A DNA stretch of 63,616 bases, filler included, from Octopus bimaculoides (lineage: Eukaryota), in assembly GCF_001194135.2 (NCBI RefSeq). It is 6 parts of 5 records of this genome, joined end to end, with 100 filler letters (N's around TTAATTAATTAA, not from the genome) between each part and the next. Parts side by side here need not be neighbours in the genome. Positions count along the whole stretch, not along the records: positions 33,122 to 43,710 come from NC_069000.1; positions 43,811 to 54,704 come from NC_068985.1; 4 more parts are not named here. One strand, given 5' to 3'. The translations under genes and the position numbers were made by a program. Below are positions 39,096-52,315 of the stretch, in pieces. The notes beneath the pieces were generated by a model. It did not search any database and was not told the origin of the DNA. It saw only the letters and a program-made list of their open reading frames with translations. Every line of letters starts with the position of its first letter. The first letter of the stretch is position 1.

Positions 39096-41860
39096 AAGTT
39101 CAGAATTGTCTGTCTTCAGTCTTTTCATCCTTGTTCCCTAGGAGATCTGGACCAATCCAGATCCCGAGCAATAAAGCGGTCTGTTGGGTGGCCTTGATCT
39201 CCCTTATTGGTAGATGCCAACGTGTCTGCCAAGTGCCGCGCTGCAGCCACACCGACTATTCTTTCTCCTGTCATTGATTTGCACTCCCTCAAAGCTGCGT
39301 TGATCACTTCATTTTGTCCGGTGTCCGATATGATTACAGTGGTGTCGTTGGCATAAACTGACACACCTCTCCCTCATCCCAATTCATCCAGGATGCCCCA
39401 CAAAGCCGCTAACTTCCATAATAGTGGTGAAACGAGCACCATGAATCGAGCATGGACAGAAGAAAGGAAAGGAGGCAGTCTTGTCTGACCAGACGCTTGA
39501 TACTGAACGGCTCTGATGGATGTCCATTTACTGCCAATCCAAGCTGACTTTACAAGTCCAAAATTTGTGATCTGCATAGTCGATCAATTGGAATTGTGGA
39601 TACGTATGCTGACATACAGAACACTCTGTCAAGATACAGTCTAGATAATCCGATATTATTTGCCTTTTGTCTACACCGGCACATTCAGGAAATTCAGTCA
39701 GTAACTGTCAGACAGAAACGTCTGAGCAGGTTTGTAGGGATTTTGCATGACTCTCTCCTGTCAGCTAGCTCCACACAAAAAATCGCTTCAATTGCTAACT
39801 AACACTAAAGAGCGATACGTTTCGAAGAAAACGCCCAGAGGCCTAAAGAAATCTGGTTTCCCTTGTCAAGATAAAGACAGCTACAAGTCTGAAGGTAAGC
39901 CCTTCACTACTGTTCACACTCATAACCACCTTAATACCGCCCGGGTCGTAGATCTACCGTATCTCGACACTCAGGCCCTTCCGAAATACCATTGCAACTC
40001 CACCAAACATTTCAGATTGGCTCAGAGATGTGTTGATCTCAGTCATCAAAAACGGGCGCCATATCAAGTGTGTCGGAAATCTTAGTCCCGTTGATGACTG
40101 TCACACCTATTGCTAGTGATCTGAGGTTATTCAGTTGATGTCCCTGCTTCCAGAGTGACCCCAGGCTATGTGCATTTATGCATCCCACTCTTAAAGCTGC
40201 CGTGTTTGTAGGAAAGAGGGAAAGATGAAAACTTTAAAAGTTTTTCTGTGAGCAATCGAGTGCCCCAATATTCCGTCTCTGTATGGCTTCCTTGGGGAAA
40301 CCCTGATGTAGCGTATTCGAGAATATGACACTTAGATTCCCATTACCATGTGAGAAACTCTCATTTCCCTATATTTTTCTCTCGACAATCTTACCAGTTT
40401 CTGGTCCTCTGGGACTTCACTGTTTTTATTGAAAGTTCCCCTCTTCGTCTCAATATCTTAACTTTGTTATAAGATAGCAGTTCTTTATATTTTCTTCCTA
40501 CAAGCACAGAGTTAAATGTTATGGCAATTTGTTGTTGTTGTTGTGGGTTAGTTGTATATTTAATTATTGCTTTTGTTCTGGTTGTTTTTTTGGTTTGTGT
40601 GTTTGTCTGCTGGTTTTTCTCTTGCATGTTCGTTGTTGTTTTGGTTATGTGTTTCTTTGTCGCTGTTTTTAATGGAGGTGGTGGAGATGGCGGTAGTGAA
40701 GGTGTACTTGTTTTAGATTTAGTATTGTTTGTGGGTCGGTGTGGAGTAAGTGTTGTTTTGTGGTTTCTTCATTGACCTTTTTTATTTTTTCATGGGTTTT
40801 TTCATGTCCCCCCTATTTATCACCAGAGTTATGGTCAGAAGACTTCGACTCGGACGTAGGCAAGGGCATATTTTCTTGTTTTCATGTGTGGCATCTCCGT
40901 GTTTGTGCATTCAAGAGGGTCGGGATGAAGAGAGGAGAATGCTGGATTGCAATATCCCTTGAGTGGCGATTATTATGTAACAGTCATTAAGTTTTGCCGT
41001 CTCAGTTACTACTACAGATGTATTTGATGTTCGTGTTATTGCTGTTGCTGTCTTGACGATTTATGATACGGTTGTAGGAGTTGTCATTGTTATTATTAAC
41101 AGTAATCCAGTACTGTCATTGTAGCTTTTGGATGTGAGCAACAATGAGGGAAACAGCAGAGCTTTCAGACTAGTGGTTGTTTACACTTGAACAGGAATCG
41201 ACTTTCTTTGTACGTCTCGAGATTTTTCTAGAATCATCTTACTGATTAGTGTTTTTAGGTGATTGAAATACGATCTCGGACGCACGCAAAGATTATCTTT
41301 GAGTAGGTAATAGGAGAGTTGGTTGTGCAAGCCTCAAAAACCTTCTCAGGCGCTTCCAACTGCTTGACAAGCTTCGCCAGGCATCGAACGTGGTCAAGTT
41401 GCAGTGAGTCATCCAGGGTATTAATGAAGAACCATGTCGGTGACGTTGTACACATATTCTGACACGGCTTTCTTGCGTCTCAGTTTGAAGGGCATAGCTC
41501 TCTACACTTTTAGCTTCTGGATCCCAGAACTAGTCCGTGTCTTCATGAATCCTCCCCGTTTTCTACACAACAGCTGCAAACAGCATCTTCCAGTCCTTGA
41601 ATAGTACTTATTTTCGTTACTGCTTCTGCTCTAGCTTCCTCCTCATTCCGCTTCTGCAGTTCTGAAAGAAAGTCCTTAAGTGTTCCTCGCACACATGTAG
41701 CAACTTCGTTTTATGTCCTACACCACCAGTCAGATCGATCTCCTCTCTGCTCTTCAATGGGAAATGGCTTCGGATCATCTTGTATTCCTCGTGGGATCAT
41801 CAGGACCGGGATGTTTACGTGAACCTCACTCGACCAGGTGTTGTAAAGGACGCCTCCGAG
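39096..41860 (-). mobile_element. L1/Tx1-like LINE remnant (ORF1-like region plus internally deleted ORF2)
   Basis: APE N-terminus ALRVGCINAHSL...; RT motifs FSIKRLVRQDCLLS and SVYANDTTVIISD. The upstream region holds a weak, decayed gag-knuckle-like sequence. The 5' boundary is uncertain. Confidence 0.65.
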
Positions 41861-42454
41861 CAAAACACCTTAGTGGTGGTGGTGGTGGTGGTGGTGCTGC
41901 TGCTGCTGTTTTAGTTTGCTCTTTCGCACCTTTTTTTCTCATTTTGTGTTTGCCATCTTGTAACTGTTTTTATATGTGTAACTATTTATTGAACAGTCAT
42001 TTCTTCTTTTTATTTTCATTGGTTTATGTGCTTTCAAACATTTAGACGGGGAGGGGCGGGGTTCCTGTTCCTTACTACCATCATTTGTGGCCAGCACCGC
42101 CCACCTGCTATTATTCACGTGACCATTTTGAATCACCAATAAACAAAGCAAAACAGATGTGTGTGCATAACGTATACAATAAAATATCTGAGGACGAATC
42201 AGTTTTCTTGTTTTGTTTCTTTTTTGTTATTTTTCCTATGGTTTTAATCTCACGAAGTCAGGGTGGACGTCAAATTATTGGGAAAAAGAAGTTATTCTTT
42301 TATGTTTTTGTTTTTTCATTTCTTTTTATTGTGAGTAATCCAGAAAGAAAACATTTTTTAAGCAAAGTTTTGTGAAAAATAATCGTTCACAGAAAACAAC
42401 GACGACAAAATCAGCAACGAAAAACAGTTACAACAACAACTTTTGGTTTTAAAC

Positions 42455-42620
42455 ACAAGGAGGGGATTAGCTGACACAATCGAACTCAGTACTTCACTGG
42501 TACTTTATTTTATGGACTCTGAAAGTTGATCTCAGCGGGATTTCATACCAAAATATAAAGAGCCGGAACAAATACCGCAAGCTATTTTTCTGACACTCTA
42601 GCGATTCTTTCAGCTCGCCG
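42455..42620 (-). mobile_element. SINE family A, diverged
   Basis: Reverse complement of the family A body. Confidence 0.55.
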
Positions 42621-42939
42621 CGTCAACGATAACAACAATAACGANNNNNNNNNNNNNNNNNNNNNNNNNNNNNNNNNNNNNNNNNNNNNNNNNNNNNNNN
42701 NNNNNNNNNNNNNNNNNNNNNNNNNNNNNNNNNNNNNNNNNNNNNNNNNNNNNNNNNNNNNNNNNNNNNNNNNNNNNNNNNNNNNNNNNNNNNNNNNNNN
42801 NNNNNNNNNNNNNNNNNNNNNNNNNNNNNNNNNNNNNNNNNNNNNNNNNNNNNNNNNNNNNNNNNNNNNNNNNNNNNNNNNNNNNNNNNNNNNNNNNNNN
42901 NNNNNNNNNNNNNNNNNNNNNNNNNNNNNNNNNNNNNNN

Positions 42940-43050
42940 GAAAAGCAAAGTTGACCTTGGCGGAATTTGAACTCAGAACGTAGCGACTGGCGAAATACCG
43001 CTAAGCATTTCGTCCAGCGTGCTAACGATTTCTCCAACACTCCGCCTTAA
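42940..43050 (-). mobile_element. SINE family A head directly upstream of Bsx
   Basis: Reverse complement has the A box and GAGTTCAAATTCC B box. Runs into a gap. Confidence 0.8.
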
Positions 43051-43052
43051 AT

Positions 43053-43080
43053 TATAATAATAATGATGATGATGATGATG

Positions 43081-43141
<61 letters not shown>
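43053..43141. repeat. (ATA)n/(ATG)n trinucleotide microsatellite upstream of the Bsx start
   Basis: Direct reading. Confidence 0.95.
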
Positions 43142-43177
43142 GCAATGTGTGCTGTGTCATTTCAGAGAGCTCCAATG

Positions 43178-43490
43178 ATGAACCTAAGTTCCTATTCCGA
43201 CCCACACAACAACCGACATACATCGTTCTTCATAGAGGATATTCTATTGAACAAACCAAAGCGTCTGCAGGTTCGAGACTACCAGAATTTGGGATTGGGT
43301 CGGTCACATTTCTCGGACTATGGTACAGCCGCAGCAGCGGCGGCGGCGGCAGCAGCAGCTTACCCATATTCAGTACATCATGCTGCGGCCGCCGCTGCTG
43401 CTCTGTTACCACACCAAATGATCGCTGCACAGAACCAACTTTATATACCGCGGGCCGCAACTGAGCAGAGTTTCTTGGTTCCTACAACAG
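43178..43490 (+). CDS. Bsx: Brain-specific homeobox (Bsx/bsh) orthologue, first coding exon (partial CDS; homeodomain exon not seen in window)
   Basis: Translates MNLSSYSDPHNNRHTSFFIEDILLNKPK...DYG(T-A11)YP...QSFLVPTT|G. This matches the BSX N-terminus as I recall it (MNLNFTS...RPTSFFIEDILLHKPK...DYGYP...YFLTTSG). eh1 motif FFIEDIL at 43226-43246. Strong phase-1 donor CAG|GTAAGT at 43490/43491. In-frame alternative ATGs at 43145 and 43175. GC-rich island in AT-rich surroundings. Confidence 0.85.
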
Positions 43491-43663
43491 GTAAGTGTTC
43501 GCTGAGCAATAGAAGGTCGCCATTGATCTCTCTGTTTCCTTGTCTGATTTTATTTATAAAGATGTCTAAATATATTTATATATATTTAGGCATTTTTATA
43601 GACGTGTAAATACGCACACCCAGAGACACACACACACACATAATCTATAAATACATACATACA

Positions 43664-43699
<36 letters not shown>

Positions 43700-43863
43700 T
43701 ATATGTATATNNNNNNNNNNNNNNNNNNNNNNNNNNNNNNNNNNNNNNNNNNNNTTAATTAATTAANNNNNNNNNNNNNNNNNNNNNNNNNNNNNNNNNN
43801 NNNNNNNNNNTATATATATATATATATATATTCAGAAAGAGAGAGGGACATAGATAGAGAGAC

Positions 43864-43935
<72 letters not shown>

Positions 43936-45620
43936 TTCCACAAATTGATTAAATTTTCATTCGTACAATACTTTATTTTCTTCTAGATGTATCTATACAT
44001 ACCAGTTTTTGAAATCGGTAACTGATAATTATTCCAACACAATTGGATCAGCGGTTAATTGATCTATCAAATAAAACAAAATCCAAGGAGAGTATAGATG
44101 GTTTTCACCGTCAAGGGCATCTGCACTCTAATACTGAAAAAGAAATGAGACAAAGATTAAAGTGAAGTCGTCGTGAGGATTAAAGCATCTAATGGTTCGA
44201 ACAATTCTTCTTTGGGGTTAAAATGACTGGAGTAAACTTAAAGGAAATCAACAATGTTTTACATCTGGGTTTCTACAGCTAGCTGCAACTAATCGGGTGT
44301 GCAAGAAAATGTGTGCTTGTATACCTTCACAGAATGTAATAGCTGAATGAAACTAGGCGAGACAGTGAGAAGTTATGATTCAAGAAAAGAAGACGTAAAG
44401 CGAATGAGGGGAGGGGGTGAGTAAAACTAAGCTGAGAGATACGATATGAATTTGTGATTTACGACGCTAGTACAGAGCAGATTCATCAGTATTGTACACT
44501 TATTACGGGTACATGATATTTGATGCCACTAAATTTGCAACTTCATACGTAGATTTTATCACATTTCTCGTGTCTTTACTATGCATTCCCCCTACCAACA
44601 CAAACTATGGAATGACGTTATGTATCTGCCCTTGAACTTCTGTAACCGTTCTAGCAAATATTCGCTAACGAATATTCAGAATCATAATTTTTATGGAATA
44701 TTGTCTAAACAACAATCATCTCCTCAGAAATGTTCTCACCATTATATATCGCAGCCCAGCATGAGAAATACAGTCGATTTATGTTCTGCTGACACCTTTC
44801 AAAATCTGCACTTCGTTTAACTTTTCTGGTTTTTATGATTAACAAAGCAAAAAATGAAACCTACTAATTGGCATCTTTAATCCTTTAAATCACACACAGT
44901 ACGTGTATCGACCCCAGAGTACTCACACCAACTGTTTACAAGTTTACTGTCTGTAATTTTTCAGTAAAACAGCCTTTTCAAGTATAGATAATGTTTTGGA
45001 GTACGCATTTTAGTAATAGCACCAACGTCTGCTCCACTTTCTCTTTTGAATGAAATTTAGAAAACTGCAGAGTAAAGGCTTAAACAATGCTCTAACATGT
45101 TCAAAACTCGCTGGATTATGGGGGTAGCTGAATCACAGAATATCAGTTCAACGAGGTTTTATATATTTCGGAACTTCACTGTACAGTTAAACAGAACGCA
45201 CTGGTTTTTGGATGTTATATATATTGTTTGGATGTTATATATGTTGTTCAATAAATTACGTACCGAAATAGCGACATTGAGGCATTTATTTTACTGCTAT
45301 GTTTCCTGCGTTCCTTTAAGCAGTTTTTAATTGATTTTTATAATTGGAAACTTTCATAATTACATATGTGCCTATGAAATTTTCCTCCCCGGAATTTATA
45401 TTGTTAAAATATATAATACACGTCTATCGTGCAATAAGATAGAGGTCATGTTCTTTGCAATATAATAGCAAGTTTATAATTAAATTTTAGATTTCAATTT
45501 CTACAAATTCAGACGATCAAAATTTCTCGCTGTGAATAGAAGAGCTGACAGACAGGCATCGCGATAAAGAGAGACAGAAGAGAGACAGAAGAGAGACAGA
45601 AGAGAGACAGAGAGACACAA

Positions 45621-45685
<65 letters not shown>

Positions 45686-48600
45686 AAATTACAGAAGGAA
45701 ACAGAGTTCAATGGATGGAAGAATGAAGGCAAGCAAACAAATTAAAGATAGAGTATGTATATGCATGGATGAATGGATGGATGGACGGATGGATGTGCCA
45801 CGAGGGTTACAAATTGTCACATAAGTCATCTCACGGATGATTAGGAGGTGTTGGTGGTTGAGGTGGGTTCTGGTCGGTTATAAATGATCTACGACATTGG
45901 TAAACAATTAAGAGATACCTTACCGCAGAAACGTTGGTCTTGAATTAAGGATGCAAACAACAACGTATACATACTCAGAAAGACAATTCTGTAGTTATGA
46001 AAAAATTGTTGGTCAATAAGGTTCTGTGAATACGCTGTCAAAAGCTGGAGAAATATACTAAATTTACGACTGGAAGACTGTTACTGCTGCCTGCTTGGTT
46101 GAATAATAAGTTGTTAAGTCGAAAAAGGAGTATGTGGTTTACGTGGCGGCGATTTCCAACTTTATGAAATTTAGCGCTAAAACACGATTATTTATAAACT
46201 TCGCTAGATGTTCTAGAATGTACTACACATGCGTCAACATACTTGTAAGCATACACAAACACACGCATACATCAAACACATACATGTTGACGTTAAGAGT
46301 TGCTTGGCATGGAAAACAATTAATTTGATTTGCTCTGAAAGATATCTCCAGTATTACTTACCCCAGCCCTCAGTCTAACTGGCTATACATCAGAATCACT
46401 CATTTCTTAAGATAACATGTTATTAAAGATCGTAGTTATATCCATTTCAATCTTAAATTCATTAGGTTATGAATTACTATGAGTATCATTTCTGGATACG
46501 ACATACTATACCAATACTATACCAAAGAATAACAACCTGAAGGATGGTAAAGAGAACCTTATAAGTTGCCGCTATAGAAAATATAGAAATTTTAAATTAT
46601 GTATAGGTTATGATCTCGTCAATTATTTACGTAAGCGCTATAAAATAATAAATTAATAATGATACTTCTGTTGGGTATATACCTCAACACTGACTTTGAG
46701 AATGTAGGTTTCATAAACTTAGAAGTGACATGGCTCATTGTCAAATTACAGTTACAAGTGATTAATGGAACTGTAAATAAGTGTTTAACCTGTAGTAAGC
46801 ATATACATAAATGAAAACATAGAAGTGCATTTATACGTATACTTACATAAGTCAAAGATTACAGGTGTACACAACCAATGACATCTATACTTGCGCACAT
46901 ACATACGTGCGCGGATAACTATATAGCTACATGCATAAGTACGTCCACGGCAGCTGAGTTGATTCTGTCGAAATCCCAGTGCAAAAGGAATAACTCTGTG
47001 TTGGAGGCCGACTACTCTCTTGATGAGAAATTTGAAAACATGGTCAGAAAATATTCAGAAATACATATACTCTATATTCATATTTGTCGGCATAGCTACC
47101 AGCCTATAAGTGGCTGTTTTCCAAATCACATTATTTGAATAAACATTCATTCAAGGTTTTAATGATATTCTTAGAGTGATGAACTTGTTAATGACCTGTT
47201 TGTTTGCATTATATATAAAAGGAATCCTTCTTGAGACGAAATTTTCCCGGAGCTATCTTTTTTCTCTCAACAAAACAAGTACATTAAAAAACAACTTTTG
47301 TTGAATGTAAGCAGTGTTTTGGTGCTGTAAAAATATTGCTTTGCAAACATTCTTTCTAAAACGGACGCACCTGAACACAAGGACGGCATCATATGTAATT
47401 ACAAATCACACTTTTATTCTAATTACTTAGCAGTAGTTTCATCTATTTGCACAAGAGTGTCAGTGACTGTATCAATATCAAATGTACTGCTAGATGGAAG
47501 AGAATACGTATAAACAATTAAAATATATTCTTAGTAAAAAGTTACAAGGAGATATTAACTGGTTTTAGGACACCTACTACAAGATAGAACACACATAATT
47601 GGTAATTATGAATATGATCTTAATTTGGTAATAGTGACTATTGAAATCGCAGGAGAATATTTATAACAGTGTGATGTCCCTACATTTTAGAAATTTCCTT
47701 ATATATCCCCACAATAACTGCAAAGTAGTACAGTGGAGATATAATAGAGCTAGATAAAAGCAAAACAATAACAAATGTCATCATAAGTACGGTAAACACA
47801 AACTAAGATTTTGATTGGCACAAAATAATTAGTCTTAGAATGATATTCATCACATGTAGATCTGCATTTTCGCCAGTATTAACTGAAAAATTCATTTGAA
47901 AACTGTTTGAAGCTAAGTAAAGAACAGTTGAGTATAAATTCATTTTACTCCATATGTCATTAAGAACATCTGCCAAAAGAGTATAGAAATGAAAAATAAC
48001 TATATCAATCCATATCGATCAGTATTAAAGAGAAATGCGCAATACCAAAACGTAAATTCCACAATAGTTTTTTTTTTTCAAGAAAACAAAGATGATTGCG
48101 GAAAAAAAACTGGAGTATGACTAGTGTACACTCGAAAGAGTTATTGTCCATACATTACTCAAAAGGAATATATTATCAGTAGCGATAACTTTGATGAAAA
48201 GAAATCTACTGTACGTTTAACCAGAGGATATAACAACAAATGAAAAATTGTGATACCGAAACTCCCCGAATACGATGACCCACGATGTATTTACTATACC
48301 AGAACACATACCTACGTTTGAGTGATTCAGTCCATCGATGCTAAGAATGAGAAACTAATAACCATCATCAAAAAATTTAGCTTCAACTAATCTAGAAGTT
48401 GCATCAAATACCTTCAACATTATTTCATATTTTCTGAAGGCCGGCTGTGTATTCACAAATATAGTAAGTATGCTTGAAACAAATAAAAGTATGAGTATCG
48501 GAAGGGACTTGTACGTTTTTCATTCAGAAAACTTATTCGCAGGAGATTATCATGTATGGATTTTTTAATGTGACGCTAACCCATCTAATCAAAGTAGTCC

Positions 48601-49254
48601 AAGTTGGACCAACAATACAGGTATTTGTTTTGCTATGGATGGCGTGTATACTTTTGCAAACTAGAAAGAAAAAAATCAATATCGAAATACGTAAGGGAAA
48701 GCAAAAAACTAGAATGCAGATAAAGCTATTTGAAGCAACATTCGATGCAAACTGTAAAAGTAACATGGAATATGTCACTAATATCGCAAGTAGTTAATCT
48801 AAAATATTCTTTCGAAACTAACTACTTGAGCCATCATAATGCCATAACTAAAATGCTATGCAATATAATTCATAGAAACAGTATCTCTACAGCTAAAAAT
48901 AGTGAATGATGCGAGGGAGAACATCTCATTCATAATAGGAAAGAATAAATCTTGAATGTCGAAACTTGACTAATCTGTACGCATAAAAGACTAGACATAA
49001 TGATCTTATTGATGGAAAAGATGTGAATGTGTACACGATAGAGGGAAAATTACTTGCGATGACATGTTAAAAAAATTTTAAATACGAAAATAAAATTAAC
49101 TATGCCAAACTAGTCAGGAATCTGCATATGCTGCATAAGGATAAAGGCTTCAAATTTAGATCTGTATGCACGTAGGTACGTACGTACGTATGTATGTATG
49201 CACATCATGTCTCATCACACTACGAAGGTTAAACATTTGCAGTCCAATAAAAAA

Positions 49255-49900
49255 GGAGATTACTTCTAAATATCTAATAAATAAAAGAAGCAGTGAATCC
49301 CCTGGAGTTCCGAGATGCGACAAGAAATGTAAGTTATGTCATATTTCGGTGGAAGACATCACACATGTGATTAGCAGCTGCTAAAAATGTCATCAAGTTA
49401 CTATATACCTGTGTAACACGACGTTGTCACAAGAAATATATACTATGCTATCCGGACAAAAGAGTGCACCGGAATAAGTATAGAGGATTTCCCTGTTATT
49501 GAATACGTACACAGACGTCAACATGAGAAATACTGGTGGAATATTCCTATCAAAACATCTACCATGTGTAAGTATAACAGGCCGGATATTATTGTTTGGG
49601 TCAGACAAAAAAAAGTGTCCTTCTGATATGAATATGTCTTTGAAACTTGAAGAAAAAGAATGTAAGTATGGGCAAATGCTTCGAGATCTCCAACTTCTAT
49701 ATCCAGATTATAAAGTTACGTTTCTACCAATAATAATTGGTGCACTTGGTTTTGTGAGTAAATGCTTGACTGACAGTCTGGATAAGTTTGGATTTTTAGA
49801 AAGAGAAATAAACCAACTAACTCGCACATTACATATACAATCTATAAGTGGAATAGTTAAAACATGTATTTCTTTTCATAAGTTAAGAATTTTATATTGT
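49255..49900 (+). mobile_element. R4/Dong-like RLE non-LTR retrotransposon 3' remnant
   Basis: Zn knuckle CKLCHISVEDITHVISSC, then HDVV, NRPDIIVW, KLEEKECKYGQMLRDL...FLPIIIGALG (restriction-like endonuclease). Confidence 0.8.
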
Positions 49901-51689
49901 TTTCGTTTTCTACATTCCAATGATAGAGCTTCGTATCTTTATGAGAAACGAGTTCCTTCTTCAGAGGAAGAATTTAAATAGTTAAAAATGAAAGAAAACG
50001 AAAGAGAACATACATACATGCATGCATACAAACATACATACATACATACATACACACATACATACTATACATACATACATACATACATACATACATACAG
50101 TTTCTTTTTCACAAGATCATCAACTTAAAACAAATGCGAATCAAAAACGAAGACAACCAACTTTCTGCCAACCATGAAAAATGCCCTCTAGCATGAGGGT
50201 TTTACAAAACAGCTGGTGATGAATAAAACACTTAAACCCACAAAACATAGCGAGAAATTTCAATAATATCATATAATAAGCAGCTACTCCAAAATACCGT
50301 TTCAAAATATCATTTCAAAATAAATAAGACACTTACAGTCAATTCCTTTAAAACAAATAATTTTCCAACAGATATCAGGAAATTAAATTTCTACCGATAA
50401 TCATTTGCTTAATTGCTTTTCTTACAAACTGCCAAATGAGATAACTCAAAACGCCAAGGTTTCCAAACAATAAAATACCCAGCTAACATGCATCTTAAAT
50501 TTAGAAAATTGAATATGTCGAACATGCACAAAGTTCAACGAAAAAGCTGAATATCGTAGAAATTCTAACAGTGGTTCTTCCATTCTTTGTTAGTAGCTTG
50601 TGCCTTCTTTTAAACTTTCAATGAAATAAAACTATTATATACATACATGCATATATAAGTACATGCTCACATACACACATACACATATACACACATACCT
50701 ACATACATATATTTTATGTGCATACATCCATGATTTCATATTATCTGAAATTCTGGTCCACATCAGTCGATCATTATAAAAAATATATGATCAAATATAT
50801 TTTCATCAAAATATCTCTAAAAACATTATTTGACTCAGTGGAATATACAAATAATCATGAAGCATTAGAAGTTTCTAGATTAATCAAGCAGCAAATATAT
50901 CTAAAGTTCTGTATTGTTGTACAAATGTGTGAAATGAATGCATATCATTCATGTGATTTTATTTAGAGCACTTCGAATGCAACTGCTTTCATTTGATATT
51001 TTTAAATATGTATTGCCTAGAAGAAATTATCTCTTTTAGGTTGTACAAATCACGATATTTAAACTGCTTTAATCATTTCTACTCCCTAATGCAATAACAT
51101 AAACACGTAGATACGATTAAATGGCTTCTAAAAAGCTTAGACGGGTCGTAATCAATTGAGGTACATGGTATGAAGGGTACTGTGATTTCTGAATGTATAA
51201 GTTTTCAGTCCTCCATGATTAAAATAATTATAGAGTGTTTAATACAATGTTTAAACATTGCAAGGTATCACTAAACATCTTCACGAAATTTATATTTTCT
51301 GTAGCAATCAATACACAAATAAAAGCTGTTTACGTCCAATCAAAAGACGTCTCTAAATATTGCTAAAACGTAAATGTTCATATGTCGAAAATTGGTCTGT
51401 GGATATTGTTTTCTTATATATTTTCAACACAGCAATGCAAAGACTTTACTAATTAATAACTGCTTCATGAAATGCTATTAATTAGTAAATATTTAGAAGT
51501 AATTTCATCTTGATGTCACAAAGGTGCTTTGAATGTGCAGTAGGGAACATAGACGTTAAGTGAAATGATAAAAGAAAGTTTTCAACTCATATATGCATAT
51601 AAAGTAAATAGACCTAATTGAAAACACATTTTGCGTAGCTTATTTCGTAACCAATAAACAGGTACAGATTATAAACTATGAAAGGCCGA

Positions 51690-52315
51690 TGTTCGGTGAT
51701 TCTTTTGACACAGGTAGTAGAGAGACAATCCGATGATAAATCCGACATTGGATCTCGAAAGTTTACCTGAATACTGGTTCACTTAAATCTCTTGTGGATC
51801 CAGATCATATCTTCTGTAGAGCAGCGTTGTATTGTCTAAATTTGTTTTGGAGGTGCTCGGAATCTTGATCAGTTGATGACAACAGTTTCTCCAATGGCTC
51901 TGGAAGATAGGAGATTGCAAGGAGTTTAACCTTTCCACTACTGGAGATCAGTGCAGTTGTCTCCCCAGTCCACGTCTTTGCTTTACAATGTATGTACTTA
52001 GTTGTCATTGCATTACTGGAAACTCTAGTGTCATCTTCATAATGAACTGCTGGATCATAATAGAAAGCTGCTTCATAGAATTTGCTTCTCTGAGTTGTTG
52101 TAACTGGTTTTCATTCTGCAGTGGAGATCATATTCCTTGTCAGTCGTCCATACCTCTGTTCATTACTTTGAGAATGCTCTAGTTTTTGTAGTGCACAGTC
52201 TGCTCGTTTTTTGGTATGCATGCCTTTTTATAGTTGTCTCTCTTTCCCTGGACAGAGACATTCTTTTGGCTGACCTTGACATTGTAGACGAATTTGACAT
52301 CTTCCTTCTAGGCAT
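51690..52315 (-). mobile_element. Helitron Rep/helicase N-terminal remnant
   Basis: MPRRKMSNSSTMSRSAKRM..RERET; HCKAKTWTGET...SSGKVKL...PEPLEKLL...FRQYNAALQ; then FEIQCRIYHRIVSLLP-type motif. Many stops and frameshifts. Confidence 0.8.

Noticed and set aside
41770-41810. Minus-strand CTGATGA-TCC-CACGA-GGA resembling a hammerhead
   Set aside because: Followed by ATAC rather than GAAA, with no stem I or III.
44388-44420. AGA AGA CGT AAA GCG encodes RRRKA, like the start of the Bsx homeodomain
   Set aside because: It continues NEGRG-stop instead of RTVF, there is no WFQNRR downstream, and it lies beyond a scaffold join. Chance match.
47500-48800. AT-rich stretch with faint coding-like character, possibly a decayed transposase
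   Set aside because: No diagnostic motif recognised; stops in all frames.
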